Positions 10,523 through 19,117 of a DNA stretch of 64,000 nt are shown piece after piece. The notes under the pieces were generated by a model that saw only the letters and a program-made list of their open reading frames with translations, ran no database searches and was not told the DNA's origin. The stretch's first letter is position 1. The number at the start of each line of letters is the position of its first letter. Location: positions 10,057 to 74,056 of the forward strand of contig MNUR01000126.1 in NCBI GenBank assembly GCA_001871115.1. The letters are read 5' to 3'. Position numbers and translations under genes: made by a program. This DNA is from Elusimicrobia bacterium CG1_02_56_21. Lineage in GTDB: Bacteria; Elusimicrobiota; Elusimicrobia; Elusimicrobiales; UBA9959.

Positions 10523-11659
10523 TTACCTGTCGACTTCGCCGAGGACTATGTCCAGGGAACCCAGGACGGCTACTACGTCAGCAATTTTGCAGCCTGCGAG
10601 GATCTCCTGGAGTATGGCCACGTTAATGAAAGAAGGACCGCGGACATGCATCCGGTAGGGGTTCAGGCCGCCGTCGGAAACCGCGAAGAAACCGAGGTCG
10701 CCGCGGGAAGCTTCCACGTGGGCGTAAGCCTGGCCGGCGGCGGGTTTGAACATCTTGGGAACGCCCTTGGCCATTACTTCCCCGGGGTTGAGCTCCGCGC
10801 CGGAAAGCGCGTCAAGGCACTGGAGGACCATTTCCGCGGACTGGCCCATCTCCAGCATCCTGCAGTAATAGCGGTCAAAACAGCAGCCGGTCTTGCCCAG
10901 CGGAACGGTGAAATTCATTTTGTCGTAGACGCAGTACGGATCGTTCTTGCGGACGTCGAAGTTGACCCCGCTGCCGCGGAGAGAGGGGCCGGAAAGGCCC
11001 CAGGAGACGGCCCGTTCGGCGCCGATGACGCCTACTCCTTCGGTCCTGCTCCTGAAAATGGGGTTCGAGGTGAGAAGAGTGTCGTAATCTTTAAGCCTGG
11101 GCTTGAAAAAAGTTATGAACTCCCGGCATTTCTCTATCCAGCCCGGGGGCAGGTCGGCGCTTACGCCGCCTACGCGCATATAAGAGTAAAGCAGGCGCCC
11201 GCCGCACAGCATTTCAAAAAGGTCCAGCGCCATTTCACGCTCGCGGAAAGCGTAAAGGAAAGGGGTGAAAGCGCCCATATCCACTCCGAAGGTCCCGAAG
11301 AACACCAGGTGGCTGGCTATCCGGTTAAGTTCGGAGACCAGGACGCGGATATACTGGGCCCGGAGCGGGGCTTCTATGCCGGCAAGTTTCTCCACCGCCA
11401 GGCAGTAGGCCAGGTTATTGTGCATGGCCGAGGTGTAATCCAGCCTGTCGGTGAGTACGAGGGCCTGGGAATAGTTCCTGGCTTCAAAAAGTTTTTCCAT
11501 CCCGCGGTGCAGGTAGCCTACGTCGGGTCTGGCTTTTATGACGACTTCGCCTTCCACGGTAAGGGCTATCCTGAGCACGCCGTGCGTGCTCGGGTGCTGG
11601 GGCCCGAAATTTATGAACATCTGGTCGGCTTTTATGGCCGTTGAGGTTTCCTTGGTCAT
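10523..11659 (-). CDS. nuoD: NADH-quinone oxidoreductase subunit D
   Basis: 378 aa. FGPQHPSTHGVLR is the 49-kDa subunit / NiFe-hydrogenase-large-subunit-like signature. Confidence 0.9.
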   Translation of the reverse strand: MTKETSTAIKADQMFINFGPQHPSTHGVLRIALTVEGEVVIKARPDVGYLHRGMEKLFEARNYSQALVLTDRLDYTSAMHNNLAYCLAVEKLAGIEAPLRAQYIRVLVSELNRIASHLVFFGTFGVDMGAFTPFLYAFREREMALDLFEMLCGGRLLYSYMRVGGVSADLPPGWIEKCREFITFFKPRLKDYDTLLTSNPIFRSRTEGVGVIGAERAVSWGLSGPSLRGSGVNFDVRKNDPYCVYDKMNFTVPLGKTGCCFDRYYCRMLEMGQSAEMVLQCLDALSGAELNPGEVMAKGVPKMFKPAAGQAYAHVEASRGDLGFFAVSDGGLNPYRMHVRGPSFINVAILQEILAGCKIADVVAVLGSLDIVLGEVDR

Positions 11660-11660
11660 A

Positions 11661-12197
11661 TTAGTCGAATTTGTCCGGGATATGCTCGTAGTCTTTTCTT
11701 AAAGGATAGCCCTGCTGCGTTTCCGGGGTCAGTATCCTTATAAGGTTGGGGTGGCCTTCAAATTTAATGCCGAACATGTCGTAAACTTCTCTTTCCTGCC
11801 AGTCGGCCGCCATAAAGATGCCGTAAAGGCTGGGAACCGAAGCCCCCTCGGTCCTGGGGATCTCGCAGCGGAGACAGATCCGCAGCCCTGCGGAAAGAGA
11901 GGAGACGATATAGACCACTTCGAAGACGTCCCTGGCGAGCGCGCCCGCGGCGGGAGTCGCGCCCGGGGTGACGGCCGGGGACCGCGGGTAGCCCTTGGGG
12001 CTGGCGGGGCCGGACCAGTCGGTGGCGGTTACCACGTCGAGGTAGTCGAATGAGAATTTAGAGCGGAGCCGCTCGCAGACAACGCGCAGCGATTGCGCGG
12101 GGACGGTCCAGGTGGGGTAATTCTTTATAGGGAGCTCGGCCTTCGCCAGTCCGGGGAAGGAGGTCTGCAGGTTGGCAAGTATTTCTTCCGTAGTCAT
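11661..12197 (-). CDS. nuoC: NADH-quinone oxidoreductase subunit C
   Basis: 178 aa. [20 protein letters not shown] is the 30-kDa subunit signature. Confidence 0.85.
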   Translation of the reverse strand: MTTEEILANLQTSFPGLAKAELPIKNYPTWTVPAQSLRVVCERLRSKFSFDYLDVVTATDWSGPASPKGYPRSPAVTPGATPAAGALARDVFEVVYIVSSLSAGLRICLRCEIPRTEGASVPSLYGIFMAADWQEREVYDMFGIKFEGHPNLIRILTPETQQGYPLRKDYEHIPDKFD

Positions 12198-12742
12198 CAG
12201 GACAGTTTCCTCGAGCCGGTGGCCTGGAGCGGGGTGGCCCCCGAGCCGTTCTTCACCTTCATCTTCCTGATCTTCTCCTGGAGCTTGATCACGGCGTACA
12301 TGAGGGCTTCGGGGCGCGGGGGGCAGCCGGGCAGGTAGACGTCCACGGGGATTATTTTGTCCACGCCCTTTACCACGGAATAAGAATCGTAAAAAGGTCC
12401 GCCGCAGTTGGCGCAGCCGCCCATCGCTATTACGAATTTGGGCTCCGGCATCTGCTTGTATATCCTTATAATAGGTTCCGCCATCTTTTTGGCCACGGTT
12501 CCGGCCACGAACATAACGTCCGCCTGCCTGGGAGTAGGCCGGGGGAAAACGCCCATCCTTTCAAAGTCGAAGCGGGCGGCGTAAGCGGCCATCATCTCTA
12601 TGGCGCAGCAGGCCAGGCCGAAGGTCAGCGGCCAGAGCGAGGAGGTCCTGGCCCAGTTTATAAGGGAGTCGGAGGTGGCAAGGGCTATCTCCCCGCCGGG
12701 CAGGGTTTCTATTTTTGAAAGATTGTCGAGTACTATTCCCAT
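12197..12742 (-). CDS. nuoB: NADH-quinone oxidoreductase subunit B (N2 cluster)
   Basis: [17 protein letters not shown] and LPGCPPRPE motifs of the PSST/NuoB subunit. Confidence 0.9.
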   Translation of the reverse strand: MGIVLDNLSKIETLPGGEIALATSDSLINWARTSSLWPLTFGLACCAIEMMAAYAARFDFERMGVFPRPTPRQADVMFVAGTVAKKMAEPIIRIYKQMPEPKFVIAMGGCANCGGPFYDSYSVVKGVDKIIPVDVYLPGCPPRPEALMYAVIKLQEKIRKMKVKNGSGATPLQATGSRKLS

Positions 12743-13089
12743 TGCAGCGCACCCATTTTCCAGGCGTAGGCCAGGCCCGACACCAGGATCCCGAGGAAAA
12801 TTCCCATCTCCACCAGGGCTACGGCGCCCATAGAGCGCACTACCACGGCCCAGGGGAAGATGTAGAGAGCTTCAACGTCGAAAATAACAAAAAGGAGCGC
12901 GTAGGTATAAAACCGGATATTGGTCTGTACGGTGGTCTCGCCGACCGTTTCCATGCCGCATTCGTAAGCGGTGCGTTTTAAGGTATCATTCACCCGGGGC
13001 CGCACGAGTTTCGCTGCTATCAGCGAGCCGCCGGCGAAAAGGGTGGCTATTACCAGGAGTATGAGGATTGAGGCGTAGGCTAGTAGCAT
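12733..13089 (-). CDS. nuoA: NADH-quinone oxidoreductase subunit A
   Basis: 118 aa, 3 TM helices, ND3-like AYECG motif. First gene of the cluster. Confidence 0.85.
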   Translation of the reverse strand: MLLAYASILILLVIATLFAGGSLIAAKLVRPRVNDTLKRTAYECGMETVGETTVQTNIRFYTYALLFVIFDVEALYIFPWAVVVRSMGAVALVEMGIFLGILVSGLAYAWKMGALQWE

Positions 13090-13177
13090 AAGGTGGCTGC
13101 TTTGAGAAACACGATCCGCGCCGCTTGTTTTCTTTTGCCGGATATCAAGTCCCGGTTTTGCTTACGTGCTGAAAATA

Positions 13178-13206
13178 ATTATATTGAATTTATTTTTCTT
13201 TGTCAA
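13178..13206 (-). promoter_or_regulatory. sigma70 consensus promoter for the nuo operon
   Basis: The minus strand reads TTGACA, 17 nt (aagaaaaataaattcaa), TATAAT. The -10 element ends about 88 nt upstream of the nuoA ATG. Confidence 0.6.
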
Positions 13207-13289
13207 AGCGCGCGGGCCGCGGTCCCCCGTCGTTCCGCTTCAGCGAAGCCGGGCCGGGAGCAGAAAAGCTCCCGGCCCGGGCGGCGCCG

Positions 13290-15224
13290 TTATTTACCCG
13301 TGGTATGGTTAAGGAGCCCGCCTGCAGTCAGGATGGCCCGCTGGCGCGCCGAAAGGGCGCAGACGCATTCCACCGGGGCTCCGGTCCTGGCGTTTTTGAG
13401 CATGACCGGCTTCCCTTCCGCGGCCGAGGCCCGCCAGTCTCCGCAGGTAAGTTTGTCGCCGGCCTGCAGCGCGTCGTAATCCGCCGGGTTCTTAAACGTA
13501 AGGGGCGCTATGCCGAAGTTGAGCAGATTGGCGGCGTGTATGCGTTCGAAAGACTTGGCCAGTACCGCTTTTACCCCAAGGTACATCGGGCACATGGCCG
13601 CGTGTTCGCGGCTGGAACCCTGGCCGTAGGACTCGCCGGCCACTATCACGTTGTGGGTGCCGGCGGCTTTGCTTTCCAGGCAGCGCTTTGAGAAAGTGGC
13701 GTCCACGTTCTCAAATACGAACTGGGCGTACTTGGGCACGTTGGACCGGTATTTCAGGCGCGCGCCGGCGGGCATGATATGGTCGGTGGTTATTTTGTCT
13801 CCTACCACCAGCATTACTTCGCCGTCCAGCTGTTCAGGCATTTTTTCATTGCTGGGCGGCTCGCCGATATTCGGGCCGCGGAAGATCTCCGTTGCCGCGC
13901 CCTCTGCGCCGGGCTTTATAAGGAAGGAGTCGTCTACCAGGAAGGAGCCGGGCTCTTTTATGGCCGGGTATTTTATGCCGGATTTGCGGGGATCGGTGAA
14001 CTTCCCGGCCAGCGCGGCCACCGCGGCTACTTCGGGGCTGACCAGATACACCTGCGCGTCCGCGGTCCCGCTGCGGCCCTCGAAATTGCGGTTATTGGTC
14101 CGCAGGGAAACGCTGCCGCTCTTGGGGGAGAAGTGGTTGCCGATGCAGAAGCCGCAGGCGCTCTCAAGGAGGCGCGCGCCGGAATCCAGCATTGCCGCCA
14201 GGGCGCCTTTGCGGGCTAGCATCTGGAGTACCTGGCGGGAGCCGGGGGCTATCCCGAGGCTGACTTCCCGGTTTACGGTGTGCCCTTTGAGTATCTCGGC
14301 GGTGGTCATCATGTCTTTAAAGGAGGAGTTGGTGCAGGAGCCTATGCAGACCTGGTCCACGGCCATCCCTTCCAGCTCGGAGATCTTTTTAACTATGCCC
14401 GGGCTGTGCGGGCAGGCTGCCATCGGTTCGAGCGCGGAGAGGTCCAGGTCTATGACCCGGTCGTATTTTGCGCCGCGGTCAGCTTTCAGTTCGCTCCAGT
14501 CGGCTTCGCGGCCCTGGGCTTTCATGAATTTCTTCGTTATATTGTCGGAAGGAAAAACGGAGCAGGTGACGCCCATCTCAGCGCCCATATTGGCTATGGT
14601 GGCGCGCTGGGGCACGGAGAGTTTCTTTACCCCGGGGCCGCCGTATTCCAGCATTACGCCCACATTGCCCTTGGTGGACAGCGTCTCAAGCATCTTAAGT
14701 ACTACGTCCTTGGCGGCAACCCAGGGCTGCAGTTCGCCTGCCAGCCTGACCAGGTAGACTTTCGGAGCCGCCGTGTAAAAAAGGCCGCCGCCCATTGCTA
14801 CCGCTACGTCCAGGCCGCCGGCGCCTATGGCTACCTGCCCTATCCCGCCGCCGGTAGGAGTGTGGGAATCGGAGCCCAGCAGGGTGGTCCCGGGTTTGCC
14901 GAAGCGCTCCAGGTGCACCTGGTGGCAGATGCCGTTTCCGGGGCGTGAGTACACAACTCCGTATTTGGCCGCTACGCTCTGCAGATATTTATGGTCGTCG
15001 GCGTTCTCAAAACCTATCTGGACGGTATTGTGGTCCACGTAAGAGACCGAAAGGTCGGTCTTTATCTCCTTCAGGCCCATCGCTTCGAACTGCAGATAGG
15101 CCATGGTCCCGGTAGCGTCCTGCGTCAGGGTCTGGTCTATGCGGATGCCTATTTCCCGGCCTTTAATAAGTTCTCCTTCCTTTAAGTGGGAGGCAAGTAT
15201 TTTTTCAACGATATTCTGTTTCAT
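13290..15224 (-). CDS. aconitate hydratase, short (about 645 aa) single-polypeptide form
   Basis: ORF 13290..15284, trimmed to the ATG at 15224, which follows AAGGAG. Aconitase-family motifs DSHT, GSCTNS and CGFCIG supply the three cluster Cys. Swivel domain at the C-terminus. Confidence 0.85.
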   Translation of the reverse strand: MKQNIVEKILASHLKEGELIKGREIGIRIDQTLTQDATGTMAYLQFEAMGLKEIKTDLSVSYVDHNTVQIGFENADDHKYLQSVAAKYGVVYSRPGNGICHQVHLERFGKPGTTLLGSDSHTPTGGGIGQVAIGAGGLDVAVAMGGGLFYTAAPKVYLVRLAGELQPWVAAKDVVLKMLETLSTKGNVGVMLEYGGPGVKKLSVPQRATIANMGAEMGVTCSVFPSDNITKKFMKAQGREADWSELKADRGAKYDRVIDLDLSALEPMAACPHSPGIVKKISELEGMAVDQVCIGSCTNSSFKDMMTTAEILKGHTVNREVSLGIAPGSRQVLQMLARKGALAAMLDSGARLLESACGFCIGNHFSPKSGSVSLRTNNRNFEGRSGTADAQVYLVSPEVAAVAALAGKFTDPRKSGIKYPAIKEPGSFLVDDSFLIKPGAEGAATEIFRGPNIGEPPSNEKMPEQLDGEVMLVVGDKITTDHIMPAGARLKYRSNVPKYAQFVFENVDATFSKRCLESKAAGTHNVIVAGESYGQGSSREHAAMCPMYLGVKAVLAKSFERIHAANLLNFGIAPLTFKNPADYDALQAGDKLTCGDWRASAAEGKPVMLKNARTGAPVECVCALSARQRAILTAGGLLNHTTGK

Positions 15225-15532
15225 AGGGAGCTCCTTCGAATATTTATGCTTTATATTCTCACATATAAAAGAGGGGTTTGCCAATTATTGGCGTACAAAT
15301 AGCGGGAATCGGTTGCCGTATGCATGGAAGGAGGACTGTCGGTCGCAATAGTTGGCGATGATGAAATTTTCGGCGCGCTTCCCGCAGGTAAAGGGTGTTT
15401 TTTCAAGACCGCCGGCATCGAAGTTCCGGCCGCGGCGGTTAAAGCGGTCCTTTTCGGGGCCGGCCTTCACCGGGAGCGGCCCTGAACCTCCGGGCGGAGG
15501 GCCGGGGCCTCAGACCGCAACAAAACATCTTT

Positions 15533-15562
15533 AAAAACGCGCGCCCTGCCGGGAAGCGCGTT
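15533..15562 (-). terminator. rho-independent terminator after trmO
   Basis: On the minus strand, AACGCGC pairs with GCGCGTT around a GC-rich loop, followed by a T5 run. It starts directly after the trmO stop codon. Confidence 0.6.
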
Positions 15563-15564
15563 TA

Positions 15565-16347
15565 TTATTTACCTGCCGGCAGCTCGGCTTCCGGTTTCAT
15601 CCTGCGAAGTTTTTTATCGAATTTTACCGCGGCATCAACTCCGAGGACAGTGGCTTTGTCCCCGGTAACGGAAAACTTTATTTCCAGGTCAAGCATGAAA
15701 AAAGCGAGTTCTGCGCCGTCTTTCATCTGCGTTTTGTCCCGGGTATTACGCGGGTCGTGCCGGAGGGTGGCGGCTATAAGCGGCGGGATCTCCCGCGCGT
15801 CGGGCCGGGCCAGGCGCCCGATATCCCTTAATGCCCGTTCGGAAAACACTATCTTCAATTCCGGGAAAGCGTTCAGCGGAACCCAGCCGGAAAGCGGATC
15901 GGCCGCTATGTCGCTTATGGGCAGGTAAGGTTTTACGTCCAGTATCGGCGTCCCGCTTATCAGGTCTATGCCCGACAGGTAAAGAGTGTCTTTTTCCACG
16001 CGTTCGAGTTTACAGAGGGAAAGGCCGACCGGGTTAGGGCGGTGCGGCGAGCGGGAGGCGAAGACGCCGATCTTGCCCCCTTTGAGGCGGGGCGGGTGTA
16101 TCTTGGGATGGAAGGACTTGTTGGTGGTCAGGTGGAACCACGAGAGAAGCCAGACATGGCTGAATTCGGAAAGGCCGGCCAGGGAATGCCCGGGGGAGTA
16201 TTCCGGGTAGATCTTAAGGCGCGCGAAGGAGCCGGGGACTAGGTGCGGCTGGCGCGGGGTTCCGAATTTCTCCTGGAAGCAGGATTCGAGGACGCCTATT
16301 ATTTTAAAAGCGGGCGCTTTTGGCCTTTCTTTTTTTTTGTCGGTCAT
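15565..16347 (-). CDS. trmO: tRNA (t6A37) methyltransferase TrmO (YaeB family)
   Basis: FGTPRQP, SRSPHRPNPVGLS and GTPILDVKPY motifs typical of TrmO/YaeB. Confidence 0.8.
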   Translation of the reverse strand: MTDKKKERPKAPAFKIIGVLESCFQEKFGTPRQPHLVPGSFARLKIYPEYSPGHSLAGLSEFSHVWLLSWFHLTTNKSFHPKIHPPRLKGGKIGVFASRSPHRPNPVGLSLCKLERVEKDTLYLSGIDLISGTPILDVKPYLPISDIAADPLSGWVPLNAFPELKIVFSERALRDIGRLARPDAREIPPLIAATLRHDPRNTRDKTQMKDGAELAFFMLDLEIKFSVTGDKATVLGVDAAVKFDKKLRRMKPEAELPAGK

Positions 16348-16349
16348 TG

Positions 16350-17096
16350 TCAGGCTTTGCGCGCCAGGACTATAAGCCGGTCGCGTTTCGGAGTCAGGGG
16401 CAGGCCGCTGAAGCTGCCCCAGTGTTTAACCGGGGTCAGGCCGGCTTTCCGGAGGGCGGCGTCCAGGCGGGCCTTATTGTAGAGGCGGCTGAAAAAACTT
16501 CGCGTAAGAACCTTCCCCCCGTTCTTGGGAACCCTGGTCCAGGCGTTGAAGACCCCGTCGGCGGTGGCCCCGGCTTCTTCCAGCTGGTAGTAATCTTCCA
16601 TTTCTGTCCAGTTGCGCGGCGAGAAATTCGCCCTGACAAAGTCTCCGTTGACGAGGTCTATCAGGAACAGGCCCCCGGGCTTGAGGGCGGCGGCCACGCC
16701 TTTGAGGGTTTGCATGTCTTCTGAGAATTTCTGGAAATAACCGAAGCTGGTGAAAAGGTTCACGGCCGCGTCGAATTCTTCCCGGTACTTCAGCCGGCGC
16801 ATGTCCCCGCGGACAAGCCTGAGCCGCACTTTGTTTTTCCTGGCCCGCTCTCCGGCTTCACCCAGGTATTCCGGCGAGAAATCATAGCCGGTGACGGCCA
16901 GGCCTTTTTTAGCGAACTCTACCGCATGGCGGCCCGGGCCGCAGCAGAGGTCCAGCAGCGCGGAGCCTTTTTTAAGCTTCAGCTGTTTAAGAATGAAGGC
17001 CGCCTCCCGGGGCGCCATTCTCACCGCGGCCGGGGAAGCGGGGTTATAGAAGGAACTCTTGAAGAAATTGTTATGCCACTCGCGGGAGACTTTCAT
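16350..17096 (-). CDS. class I SAM-dependent methyltransferase
   Basis: Motif I LLDLCCGPGRH followed by an acidic residue (YDFS). 248 aa. Confidence 0.75.
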   Translation of the reverse strand: MKVSREWHNNFFKSSFYNPASPAAVRMAPREAAFILKQLKLKKGSALLDLCCGPGRHAVEFAKKGLAVTGYDFSPEYLGEAGERARKNKVRLRLVRGDMRRLKYREEFDAAVNLFTSFGYFQKFSEDMQTLKGVAAALKPGGLFLIDLVNGDFVRANFSPRNWTEMEDYYQLEEAGATADGVFNAWTRVPKNGGKVLTRSFFSRLYNKARLDAALRKAGLTPVKHWGSFSGLPLTPKRDRLIVLARKA

Positions 17097-17135
17097 TAGC
17101 GGTTAGACTTATCGGCGGCCGGCCGCCGGGCAGGC

Positions 17136-17606
17136 TTACTTTATCAGGTTTTTATAAACTCCGGGCTCGGAGCCTTCTATTACCGTAGCCCCGACGGCCT
17201 TTTTGAAAAACTCAACGGGCCCGGCCCAGCCTATGGCCGCGTAACCGTAGCCGGCGTCCTTCATTGCTTCAAGCGTGCGTATCAGCAGGGCTTTGCCGAG
17301 GCCTTTTTTCTGTATGGTTTCGTCCACCCCGATCGGACCAAAAAAACCTTTAAGAGTGGCGTCGTAGCAGGCAAAGCCTGCTATCTGCTTGTCTTTAACG
17401 GCTACAAAGCAGGTCGCCGGCCGGGCGGAAAGAGCTACGTCGCATTCCGAGGCCCACGAGCGGGAGAATTTTTTCCCGGCCCATTCAACAATAGCGTGTT
17501 TTTCCGGCCCGATAGCGCGCCGTATCTGCACCCCGTCGCCGAGAAGTTTCTCCACTGCCGCCGCGGAGGACGGAAGGTCGTAAAGTTTTACAAGCAGGTC
17601 CGGCAT
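17136..17606 (-). CDS. GNAT family N-acetyltransferase
   Basis: 156 aa. IQKKGLGKALL is an acetyl-CoA binding Q/RxxGxG/A-type motif. Confidence 0.7.
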   Translation of the reverse strand: MPDLLVKLYDLPSSAAAVEKLLGDGVQIRRAIGPEKHAIVEWAGKKFSRSWASECDVALSARPATCFVAVKDKQIAGFACYDATLKGFFGPIGVDETIQKKGLGKALLIRTLEAMKDAGYGYAAIGWAGPVEFFKKAVGATVIEGSEPGVYKNLIK

Positions 17607-18142
17607 CAGTGGCCCCCTCCCCCGTCTTCAGGGGTTCTTTCCTCGTCTATGTTCTTGTAGCCGCCCGCGGAATTTCTACCGGGGGCGGGCTTGGCCTTCG
17701 TTTTCTTTTTCTTTGCCGGAGCTTTTTTTATCGGGTCGCCCTCTATGTCGAATTTATAGGTCGCTTTTTGTTCTCCCGAAGAGAATTTATAATCCGAAAC
17801 CGGCTTTTCGGCTTTCTTGCCTGTTTTTTTCTTCTTCTTGCTTTTGGGGGCCGCTTTGCCTTTTTTAACCGGTTTTTTTTCTATAGGGTCGCCTTTCTGG
17901 TCGAATTTGTATCTGCGCTCCCCCTCCCCGGAAGAGAATTTATACTCCGAAACTTTCTTCGGCGCTTTCTTTTTGCTTTTCTTTTTCCCCGCTTTCCCTT
18001 TTTTGCCGGCAGGTTTTACCGCCGGTCTGGCCGGGGCGGCGGTCTCTTCGGACCGGGGAGCGCTTTCGTCCCGGGCGGAGCCGGGCAGGCTGAGAGCGGG
18101 CAGCAGGAGCAGGGCTAAGAGAAGGCTCAGATGTTTTGTCAC
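17606..18142 (-). CDS. secreted lysine-rich tandem-repeat protein (unknown function)
   Basis: Signal-peptide-like N-terminus MTKHLSLLLALLLLPALSLPGSA. Two copies of [SD/SE]YKFSSGE..YKFD..GDPI.KK separated by K-rich linkers. Overlaps folD and the GNAT gene at its ends. Confidence 0.6.
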   Translation of the reverse strand: MTKHLSLLLALLLLPALSLPGSARDESAPRSEETAAPARPAVKPAGKKGKAGKKKSKKKAPKKVSEYKFSSGEGERRYKFDQKGDPIEKKPVKKGKAAPKSKKKKKTGKKAEKPVSDYKFSSGEQKATYKFDIEGDPIKKAPAKKKKTKAKPAPGRNSAGGYKNIDEERTPEDGGGGH

Positions 18143-19038
18143 GTCAGGATTATCTCCGCTTTTTCCGTTTTAGGGGCAAGCTCCGCGGCGCGGACGGAAG
18201 CTTCTATGAGGCAGGCCAGCGTGACCGGGCCCACTCCGCCCGGAACCGGGGAAACAGCCGCCGCGGTCTCCTTGATGTCTTCAAAGTCCGCGTCGCCGCA
18301 CATCTTGTTGCTCTCGTCGAAATTAGTCCCTACGTCTATTACGGTCGCGCCGGGGGCGAGCATTTCTTTCTTCAGCCACTTCGCCTTTCCCGCTGCGGTT
18401 ATCACCAGGTCGGAACTCTTGAATATCTCCGCCGTGTTCTTTGTGCGCGTGTGGCATAGGGTGACGGTGGCGTCCATGGCCGTAAGCATCTGGGCCAGCG
18501 GCCTGCCTACTACGGCCGAACGCCCGGCTACCGCGATGTTCATGCCGGCCGGGTTGATATTGTGGAACTTTAAAAGGCGCATTACCGCCAGGGCGGTGCA
18601 GGGAGAAAAATACCCGCCGCTCTCCACCTCCGAGAATTTCCTGGCCAGGAAGAGCCTGCCCATATTCAGGGAGGACAGCCCGTCCACGTCTTTGGCGGCC
18701 GGGAGAGCGTCCCAGGTTTCCAGGGATTCGAAGCCTTCCGGCAGCGGGCGCTCGATCATTATCGCGTCGCAGGAGGCGTCGGCCCCGAGGCGGGCGAGGA
18801 AAGTCTTAAAAGCCGGGTAGCCTTCTTCCGCTTTAGGGGCGTAGAGCTTAACCGTTATTCCGAGCTTCTCGCAGGCGGCTATTTTCCGTTTAACGTATAC
18901 GGCGGAGGGAGAGTCGGCGAAATAATTTATTATGGCCAGCGAGGGGGGGCGTCCCAGCCGTGTTTTTACGGCTTCTATCCGCGCGGGCAGTGTTCCCAGT
19001 ATTTCCGCAGAGAGTGTTTTGCCTTCTAATGTAAGCAT
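18139..19038 (-). CDS. folD: bifunctional methylene-THF dehydrogenase / methenyl-THF cyclohydrolase
   Basis: 299 aa. GRSAVVGRPLAQML NADP-binding motif and PGGVGPVT signature. Confidence 0.9.
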   Translation of the reverse strand: MLTLEGKTLSAEILGTLPARIEAVKTRLGRPPSLAIINYFADSPSAVYVKRKIAACEKLGITVKLYAPKAEEGYPAFKTFLARLGADASCDAIMIERPLPEGFESLETWDALPAAKDVDGLSSLNMGRLFLARKFSEVESGGYFSPCTALAVMRLLKFHNINPAGMNIAVAGRSAVVGRPLAQMLTAMDATVTLCHTRTKNTAEIFKSSDLVITAAGKAKWLKKEMLAPGATVIDVGTNFDESNKMCGDADFEDIKETAAAVSPVPGGVGPVTLACLIEASVRAAELAPKTEKAEIILT

Positions 19039-19054
19039 GGTATCTCCTAAAATG

Positions 19055-19085
19055 AAAAAGGCGGCCTTTGAAAGCCGCCTTTTTT
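19055..19085 (-). terminator. hairpin with flanking A/T runs, a terminator-like element just upstream of the folD RBS
   Basis: AGGCGGC (19059-19065) pairs with GCCGCCT (19074-19080), flanked by A5 and T6 runs. It sits between the stop of 19118..19648 and the folD start. Confidence 0.5.
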
Positions 19086-19117
19086 ACCCGTTCAGGGGTT
19101 TCCGCGGCGCGGAGTTT

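Noticed and set aside
13261-13288. GC-rich hairpin GGGCCGGGAGC/GCTCCCGGCCC immediately after the aconitase stop codon
   Set aside because: No U-tract follows it on the transcribed (minus) strand, so I did not call it an intrinsic terminator. It may still be a stabilising 3' structure or a Rho-dependent site.
13093-13691. Plus-strand ORFs 13093..13479 and 13200..13691 across the nuo promoter region and the aconitase 3' end
   Set aside because: They run through the consensus promoter and antisense to aconitase, and their composition is Arg/Ala/Gly-rich.
14421-14435. tRNA T-loop-like strings: GGTTCGAGC at about 14425 and GGGATTCGAAGCC at about 18725
   Set aside because: Both lie inside well-supported CDSs (aconitase and folD), and no acceptor or anticodon stems can be drawn around them. 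I found no tRNA, rRNA, tmRNA or RNase P candidate in any intergenic gap.
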